A stretch of 64,000 bases of DNA from the human T2T-CHM13v2.0 reference genome, Homo sapiens. The notes beneath the pieces were generated by a model, which was given only the letters and a program-made list of their open reading frames with translations, ran no database searches and was not told where the DNA came from. Position numbers and translations under genes: made by a program. The stretch lies in assembly GCF_009914755.1 (NCBI RefSeq), contig NC_060933.1, one strand, 5' to 3'. Positions 55,501 through 64,000 of this stretch are shown here, piece after piece. Each line of letters opens with the position of its first letter. Position 1 is the first letter of the stretch.

Positions 55501-58500
55501 TCCTTTCAATTCCATTCCATTCCATTGCAATCGAGTGGATTCCATTCGAGTTGAATCCATTCCATTCCATTCCATTCCATTCCATTCCATTCCATTCCAT
55601 TCCACTGCACACGGGTTCATTCCATTCCATTCCATTCCATTACATTCCATTCCATTCCATTCCATTTCATTCCATTCCATTCTATTCCGTACCATTCCAT
55701 TCCATCCCATTCCATTCCGTTCCATTCCATGCCATTACACTCGGGTTGATTCCATTCCTTTCCATTCCATTCTTGTTGAATCCATTCCATTCCATTCCAT
55801 TCCATTCGAATCCATTCCATTGCACTCGGGTTGATTCCATTCCTTTCCATTCCATTCCATTTCATTCCATTCCATTCCGTTACATTCGGATTGATTCTAT
55901 TCAATTCCCTTACACTCCATTACATTCCATTCCATTCGTGTAGTTTCCATTCCATTCCATTCCATTCCTCTCCATTCCATTGCACTCGGGTTGATTCCAT
56001 TCCATTGCATTCCATTCCATTCCATTCAATTCCATTCCGTTGCATTCCATTCCATTACATTCGGATTGACTCTATTCAACTCCCTTACTCTCCATTACAT
56101 TCCATTCCATTCGGGTTGTTCCATTCCATTCCATTCCACTCCGCTCCATTCCATTGCACTCGGGTTTATTCCATTCCATTCCATTCCATTCCATTCCATT
56201 CCATTCCATTCCGGAAGACTCCATTCCATTGCATTCCATTCCATTCCATTCCCCTGCACTCGCGTTGATTCCATTCCATTCCATTCCATTCCATTCCATT
56301 CCATTCCATTCCTTTCCGTTCCATTCCATTCCATTTCATTCCATTCCATTCCATTCCGTTCCGATCCGTTCCGTTCCGTTCCGTTCCATTCCATTCCATT
56401 ACATTCTATTCGGGTTAATTCCATTCCATTGCATTCGATTGCAATCGAGTTGATTCCATTCCATTCCATTCCATTCCATTCCATTCCATTCCATCCTTTC
56501 CATTCCATTACAGATGATTCCATTCCATTGCATTCCGTTCCATTACATTCCCCTGCACTCGCGTTGATTCCATTCCTTTCCATTCCATTCCATTCCATTC
56601 CATTCCATTACAATTCGTTCCATTCCATTCTATTCCGAACCATTCCATTCCATTCCATACCATTCCATTCCATTCCATTCCATTCCATTCCGTTCCATTC
56701 CGTTCCATTCCCTTCCATTCCATTCTATTCAAATTAATTCCATTCCATTCCATTCCATTCCATTCCATTCCATTCCATTCTATTCCATTCCATTGCAATC
56801 GAGTTGAATCCATTGCATTTCATTCCATTCCATTCCATTCCATTCCATTCCGGAAGATTCCATTCCATTGCATTCCATTCCATTCCATTCCCCTGCACTC
56901 GCGTTGATTCCATTCCATTCCATTCCATTCCTTTCCGTTCCGTTCCATTCCATTCCATTCCATTCCATTCCGTTCCGTTCCATTCCATTCCATTCCATTC
57001 TATTCGGGTTAATTCCATTCCATTCCATTCGATTGCAATCGAGTTGATTCCATTCCATTCCATTCCATTCCATTCCATTCCTTTCCATTCCATTACGGAT
57101 GATTCCATTCCATTGCATTCCATTCCATTCCATTCCCCTATACTCGGGTTGATTCCATTCCATTCCATTCCAATCCATGCCATTCCACTCGTGTTGATTC
57201 CATTCTTTCCATTCCATTCAAGTTGAATCCATTCGATTGCATTCCATTCCATTCCATTCCCCTGCAGTCAGGTTGATTCCATTCCATTCCATTCCATTCC
57301 ATTCCATTCCATTCCGTTCCGTTCCGTTCCGTTCCGTTCCATTCCATTCCATTCCATTCTATTCGGGTTAATTCCATTCCATTCCATTCTATTCCATTCC
57401 ATTCCATTCCAATCGAGTTTATTCCATTCCATTCCATTCCATTCCATTCCACTCCATTCCAGTCCTTTCCATTCCATTCCACTCGAGTTGATTCCAATGT
57501 ATTCCTTTCCATTCCATTCCATTCCATTGCAATCGAGTTGATTCCATTGCTTTGCATTCCATTCCATTCCATTCCATTCCGGATGATTCCATTCCATTGC
57601 ATTCCATTCCATTCCATTCCCCTGCACTCGGGTTGATTCCATTCCATTCCACTCCATTCCGTTCCATTCCATTCCATTTTATTGTATTCGGGTTAATTCC
57701 ATTCCATTCCATTCCATTGCATTCCATTCCATTCCATTCCTTTCCATTCCATTCCATTACAATCGAGTTGATTCCATTCCATTCCATTCCATTCCATTCC
57801 AGTCCTTTCCATTCCATTCCACTCGGGTTGATTCCATTCTATTTGTTTCCATTCCATTCCATTCCCTTCCATTCCACTCTGGTTGATTCCATTCCTTTCC
57901 ATTCCAGTCGAATACATTCCCTCCTATTCCACTCGGAACGATTCCATTCCATTCCATTCCATTCCATTCCATTCCAGTTCGTTCCATTCCGTTCTAATCC
58001 GTACCATTCCATTCCATTCCATTCCTTTCCATTCCATTCCTTTCCACTCGTGTTGATTCCATTCCTTTCCATTCCATTCGGTTTGAAGGCATTCCATTCC
58101 ATTCAATTCCATTCCATTCCATTCCATTCCATTCCATTCTATTCCATTCCATTGCAATCGAGTTGAATCCATTGCCTTTCATTCCATTCCATTCCATTCC
58201 ATTCCGGAAGATTCCATTCCATTGCATTCCATTCCATTCCATTCCCCTGCACTCGTGTTGATTCCATTCCATTCCATTCCATTCCATTCCGTTCCGTTCC
58301 ATTCCATTCCATTCCATTCCATTCCATTCCATTCCATTCCGTTCCGTTCCGTTCCATTCCATTCCATTCCATTCTATTCGGGTTAATTCCATTCCATTCC
58401 ATTCGATTGCCATCGAGTTGTTGCCATTCCATTCCATTCCATTCCATTCCATTCCATTCCTTTCCATTCCATTACGGATGACTCCATTCCATTGCATTCC

Positions 58501-59430
58501 ATTCCATTCCATTCTCCTGCACTTGGGTTGATTCCATTCCATTCCATTACATTCCTTTCTTTTCCATTCCATTCCATTCCATTCTTTCGTGTTAATTCCA
58601 TTCCATTCTATTCCATTCCATTCCATTGAAATCGAGTTGATTCCATTCCATTCCATTCCATTCCATTCCATTCCATTCCATTCCATTCCATTCCGGATGA
58701 TTCCATTCCATTCCATTCCGTTCCATTCCATTCCATTGTACTCGGGTTGATTCCATTCCATTGCATTCCATTCCATTCCATTCCATTTCATTCCGTTGCA
58801 TTCCATTCCATTACATTCGGATTGATTCTATTCAACTCCCTTACTCTCCATTACATTCCATTCCATTCGGGTTGTTCCATTCCATTCCATTCCATTCCAC
58901 TCCATTCCATTGCATTCGGGTTGATTCCATTCCATTCCATTCCATTCCATTCCGGATGATTCCATTCCATTGGATTCCGTTCCATTACATTCCCCTGCAC
59001 TCGCGTTGATTCCATTCCATTCCATTCAATTCCATTCCATTACAATTCGTTCCATTCCATTCTATTCCGTACCATTCCATTCCATTCCATACCATTCCAT
59101 TCCATTCCATTCCATTCCATTCCATTCCTTTCCATTCCGTTCCATTGCATTCTATTCGGGTTAATTCCATTCCATTCCATTCCATTCCATTCCATTCCAT
59201 TCTATTCCATTCCATTGCAATCGAGTTGAATCCATTGTATTTCATTCCGTTCCATTCCATTCCATTCCATTCTGGAAGATTCCATTCCATTGCATTCCAT
59301 TCCATTCCATTCCCCTGCACTCGCGTTGATTCCATTCCATTCCATTCCATTCCATTCCATTCCATTCCGTTCCATTCCATTCCATTCCATTCTATTCGGG
59401 TTAATTCCATTCCATTCCATTCGATTGCAA
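52550..59430 (+). repeat. Dispersed ~0.9-kb duplication (~52550-53470 and ~58500-59430)
   Basis: Offset ~5951-5960. Shared rare words are TTCTCCTGCACTTGGG, CCTTTCTTTTCC, TTCTTTCGTGTTAA, ATTGGATTCCG and TCTGGAAG. Confidence 0.85.
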
Positions 59431-62400
59431 TCGAGTTGATTCCATTCCATTCCATTCCATTCCATTCCATTCCATTCCTTTCCATTCCATTACGGATGAT
59501 TCCATTCCATTGCATTCCATTCCATTCCATTCCCCTGTACTCGGGTTGATTCCGTTCCATTCCATTCCAATCCATGCCATTCCACTCGTGTTGTTTCCAT
59601 TCTTTCCATTCCATTCAAGTTGAATCCATACCATTGCATTCCATTCAATTCGATTCTATTCGATTGCACTCGGGTTGATTCCATTCCATTGCATTCCATT
59701 CCATTCCATTCCATTCCTCTCCATTCCATTGCACTCGGGTTGATTCCATTCCATTGCATTCCATTCCATTCCATTCAATTCCATTCCGTTCCATTCCATT
59801 CCATTACATTCGGATTGATTCTATTCAACTCCCTTACTCTCCATTCCATTCCATTCCATTCGGGTTGTTCCATTCCATTCCATTCCATTCCACTCCATTC
59901 CATTGCACTCGGGTTGATTCCATTCCATTCCATTCCATTCCATTCCATTCCATTCCATTCCATTTCAATCGAGTTGATTCCATTCCATTCCATTCCATTC
60001 CAGTCCTTTCCATTCCATTCCACTCGGGTTGATTCCATTCTATTAGTTTCCATTCCATTCCATTCCCTTCCATTCCACTCTGGTTGATTCCATTCGTTTC
60101 CATTCCACTCGAATACATTCCCTCCTATTCCACTCGGAACGATTCCATTCCATTCCATTCCATTCCATTCCATTCCATTTCGTTCCATTCCATTCCATTC
60201 CATTCCATTGTACTCGGGTTGATACCATTCCATTGCATTCCATTGCATTCCATTCCATTCCATTCCATTCCATTCCATTCCATTCCATTCCATTCCATTC
60301 GGTTCCATTCCATTACATTCGGATTGATTCTTTTCAACTCCCTTATTCTCCATTACATTCCATTCCATTCGGATTGTTCCATTCCATTCCATTCCATTCC
60401 ACTCCATTCCATTGCACTCGGGTTTATTCCATTCCATTCCATTGCATTCCATTCCGGATGATTCCATTCCATTGCATTCCGTTCCATTACATTCCCCTGC
60501 ACTCGGGTTGATTCCATTCCATTCCATTCGATTCCATTCCATTCCCCTGCACTCGGGTTGATTCCATTCCATTCCATTCCATTCCATTCCATTCCATTCC
60601 ATTCCATTCCATTCCATTCCTTTCCATTCCAGTCCTTTCCATTCCATTCCACTCGGGTTGATTCCATTCTATTAGTTTCCATTCCATTCCATTCCCTTCC
60701 ATTCCACTCTGGTTGATTCCATTCCTTTCCATTCCACTCGAATACATTCCCTCCTATTCCACTCGGAACGATTCCATTCCATTCCATTCCGTTCCATTCC
60801 ATTCCATTCCATTTCGTTCCATTCCATTCTATTCCGTATCATTCCATTCCATTCCATTCCATTCCATTCCATTCCATTCCACTCGTGTTGATTTCATTCC
60901 TTTCCATTCCATTCGGTTTGAAGGCATTCCATTCCATTCCATTCCATTCTATTCCATTCCATTCCATTCCATTCCATTGTACTCGGGTTGATTCCATTCC
61001 ATTGCATTCCATTCCATTCCATTCCATTCCATTCCGTTGCATTCCATTCCATTACATTCGGATTGATTCTATTCAACTCCCTTACTCTCCATTCCATTCC
61101 ATTCCATTCGGGTTGTTCCATTCCATTCCATTCCATTCCACTCCATTCCATTGCACTCGGGTTGATTCCATTCCATTCCATTCCATTCCGGATGATTCCA
61201 TTCCATTGCATTCCGTTCCATTACATTCCCCTGCACTCGCGTTGATTCCATTCCATTCCATTCCATTCCATTCAATTCCATTCCATTACAATTCTTTCCA
61301 TTCCATTCTATTCCGTACCATTCCATTCCATTCCATACCATTCCATTCCATTCCATTCCATTCCATTCCGTTCCATTCCGTTCCATTCCATTCCATTCCA
61401 TTCTATTCGGATCAATTCCATTCCATTCCATTCCATTCCATTCTATTCCATTCCATTTCAATCGAGTTGAATCCATTCCATTCCATTCCACTCCATTCCT
61501 TTCCATTCCATTACGGATGATTCCATTCCATTGCATTGCATTCCATTCCATTCCCCTGTACTCGGGTTGATTCCATTCCATTCCATTCCAATCCATGTCA
61601 TTCCGTTCCGTTCCATTCCATTCCATTCCATTCCATTCCGTTCCGTTCCATTCCATTCCATTCCATTCTTTTCGGGTTAATTCCATTCCATTCCATTCGA
61701 TTGCAATCGAGTTGATTCCATTCCATTCCATTCCATTCCATTCCATTCCATTCCATTCCATTCCTTTCCATTCCATTACGGATGATTCCAGTCCATTGCA
61801 TTCCATTCCATTCCATTCCCCTGTACTCGGGTTGATTCCATTCCATTCCATTCCTATCCATGCCATTCCACTCGTGTTGATTCCATTCTTTCCATTCCAT
61901 TCAAGTTGAATCCATTCCATTGCATTCCATTCCATTCCATTCCCCTGTACTCGGGTTGATTCCATTCCATTCCATTCCATTCCATTCCATTCCATTCCAT
62001 TCCGTTCCATTCCATTCCATTCCATTCCATTCCGTTCTATTCGGGTTAATTCCATTCCATTCCATTCCATTCCATTCCATTCCAATCGAGTTGTTTCCAT
62101 TCCATTCCATTCCATTCCATTCCACTCCATTCCAGTCCTTTCCATTCCATTCCACTCCGGTTGATTCCAATGTATTCCTTTCCATTCCATTCCATTCCAT
62201 TGCAATCGAGTTGATTCCATTGCTTTGCATTCCATTCCATTCCATTCCATTCCGGATGATTCCATTCCATTGCATTCCATACCATTCCATTCCCCTCCAC
62301 TCGGTTTGATTCCATTCCATTCCACTCCATTCCGTTCCATTCCATTCCATTCCATTGTATTCGGGTTAATTCCATTCCATTCCATTCCATTCCATTCCAT

Positions 62401-64000
62401 TCCATTACAATCGAGTTGATTCCATTCCATTCCATTCCATTCCAGTCCTTTCCATTCCATTCCTGTCGGGTTGATTCCATTCTATTAGTTTCCATTCCAT
62501 TCCATTCCCTTCCATTCCACTCTGGTTGATTCCATTCCTTTCCATTCCACTCGAAAACATTCCCTCTTATTCCACTCGGAACGATTCCATTCCATTCCAT
62601 TCCATTCCATTCCATTCCATTCCATTCCATTCCATTCCATTTCGTTCCATTCCATTCTATTCCGTATCATTCCATTCCATTCCATTCCATTCCATTAAAT
62701 TCCATTCCATTCCATTCCATTCCATTGTACTCGGGTTGATTCCATTCCATTGCATTCCATTCCATTCCATTCCATTCCATTCCGTTGCATGCCATTCCAT
62801 TACATTCGGATTCATTCTATTCAACTCCCTTACTCTCCATTACATTCCATTCCATTCGGGTTGTTCCATTCCATTCCATTCCATTCCACTCCATTCCATT
62901 GCACTCGGGTTGATTCCATTCCATTCCATTCCATTCCATTCCATTCCATTCCATTCCATTCCATTCCGGATGATTCCATTCCATTGCATTCCTTTCCATT
63001 ACATTCCCCTGCACTCGCGTTGATTCCATTCCATTCCATTCCATTCCATTCAATTCCATTCCATTACAATTCGTTCCATTCCACTCTATTCCGTACCATT
63101 CCATTCCATTCCATACCATTGCATTCCATTCCATTCCATTCCATTCCATTCTATTTGGATTAATTCCATTCCATTCCATTCCATTCCATTCTATTCCATT
63201 CCATTGCAATCGAGTTGAATCCATTGCATTTCATTCCATTCCATTCCATTCCATTCCATTCCGGAAGATTCCATTCCATTGCATTCCATTCCATTCCATT
63301 CCCCTGCATTCGCTTTGATTCCATTGCATTCCATTCCATTCCATTCCATTCCATTCCGTTCCGTTCCATTCCATTCAATTCCATTCCATTCCATTCCATT
63401 ACGTTCCGTTCCATTCCATTCCATTCCAGTCTATTCGGGTTAATTCCATTCCATTCCATTCGATTGCAATCGAGTTGATTCCATTCCATTCCATTCCATT
63501 CCATTCCATTCCATTCCATTCCATTCCTTTCCATTCCATTACGGATGATTCCATTCCATTGCATTCCATTCCATTCCATTCCCCTGTACTCGGGTTGATT
63601 CCATTCCATTCCATTCCAATCCATGCCATTCCACTCGTGTTGATTCCATTCTTTCCATTCTATTCAAGTTGAATCCATTCCATTGCATTCCATTCCATTC
63701 GATTCCATTCGATTGCACTCGGGTTGATTCCATTCCATTGCATTCCATTCCATTCCATTCCATTCCATTCCATTCCATTCCATTCCGTTCCGTTCCATTC
63801 CATTACATTCGGATTGATTCTATTCAATTCCCTTACACTCCATTACATTCCATTCCTTTCGGGTAGTTTCCATTCCATTCCATTCCATTTCTCTCCATTC
63901 CATTGCACTCGGGTTGATTCCATTCCATTGCATTCCATTCCATTCCATTCAATTCCATTCCGTTCCATTCCATTCCATTACATTCAGACTGATTCTATTC

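Larger units (their letters stand above)
21249..63272. promoter_or_regulatory. ~30 dispersed perfect three-unit heat-shock-element matches (nTTCn-nGAAn-nTTCn), putative HSF1 sites
   Basis: Seen: ATTCC-GGAAG-ATTCC and equivalent variants at, for example, 21249, 22343, 22992, 25750, 36931, 42251, 49461, 58201 and 63258. Established: an HSF1 trimer binds three inverted nGAAn units, and HSF1 binds satellite III during heat shock. Occupancy of these particular sites is inference. Confidence 0.5.
1..64000 (+). repeat. Satellite III (HSat3-type) pericentromeric tandem array, (CATTC)n with interspersed A(C/T)TCGGGTTG; C-rich strand is +
   Basis: Seen: CATTC pentamers and 1-2 nt variants on every line, with ACTCGGGTTG/ATTCGGGTTG recurring roughly every 100-300 bp and no orientation switch. 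Established: ATTCC runs plus this decamer define satellite III, whereas HSat2 is dominated by CATTCGATTC/GATGAT-type units. The array extends beyond both window edges. Confidence 0.97.
19201..64000 (+). repeat. HSat3 sub-domain R (right word vocabulary)
   Basis: Recurrent words CCCCTGCACTCGCGTTG, CCGGAAGATT, TACGGATG, CAAGTTGAAT, GAATACATTCCCTCCTATTCCACTCGGAACG, CAATGTATTCC, TATTAGTTTCC and GGGTTGTTCC. They first appear between ~19.2 and 21.8 kb and persist to the end of the window. Confidence 0.75.

Noticed and set aside
61069-62460. Possible translation into a WNGME pentapeptide-repeat protein, as described for the SCA31 (TGGAA)n expansion
   Set aside because: This is an analogy only. Nothing in the sequence indicates export or translation, and SatIII RNAs are known as nuclear-retained. 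It would need ribosome profiling or proteomics.
153-63866. Hundreds of ORFs (poly-MEWNG on -, poly-FHSIP on +), up to 485 aa (4273-5730) and 463 aa (61069-62460)
   Set aside because: A pure CATTC/GAATG repeat has no stop codon in any frame and GGAATG supplies ATGs, so long overlapping ORFs in all six frames are expected. There is no domain, frame preference or gene context.
1-64000. CRISPR-like alternation of repeats and 'spacers'
   Set aside because: The interspersed words are themselves highly repeated and derived from the pentamer. There are no unique spacers, constant repeat length, leader or cas genes.
1-64000. HSat2, alpha satellite/CENP-B boxes, telomeric repeats, Alu/L1 insertions, inversions
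   Set aside because: CATTCGATTC is only occasional. I saw no 171-bp monomer, TTAGGG tract, poly-A or unique sequence, and no GGAAT-oriented segment on +.
1-64000. Assignment to a specific chromosome or subfamily (e.g. 9q12, acrocentric short arms, Yq12 DYZ1)
   Set aside because: This cannot be determined without k-mer comparison to reference arrays. The lack of a strict uniform period argues against a homogeneous DYZ1- or D15Z1-type core but does not identify the locus.

Overview
The whole 64 kb window is one uninterrupted block of classical satellite III DNA (HSat3-type; human or another great ape). It consists of diverged (CATTC/ATTCC)n pentamers on the + strand, interspersed with the diagnostic A(C/T)TCGGGTTG decamer and related short 'words'. 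I see no genes, RNA genes, transposons, inversions or unique sequence. All listed ORFs are reading-frame by-products of the pentamer (MEWNG on -, FHSIP on +). There is real internal structure. (i) Two sub-domains with different word vocabularies meet near 19.2 kb. (ii) Overlapping, nearly identical tandem duplications of ~2.42 kb and ~5.0 kb occupy the first 13.7 kb, with junctions inside pure ATTCC runs. (iii) The right domain holds multi-copy 1-3.5 kb blocks and traces of ~0.87, ~1.7 and ~3.4 kb periods. (iv) About 30 perfect three-unit heat-shock elements (aTTCc-gGAAg-aTTCc) are confined to the right domain. (v) Pentamer-register shifts are almost all one base short. I found no support for a novel protein-coding system. 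The best functional lead is the domain-restricted HSE array. All counts and alignments were done by eye and need computational confirmation. Chromosome and subfamily cannot be assigned from the sequence alone.
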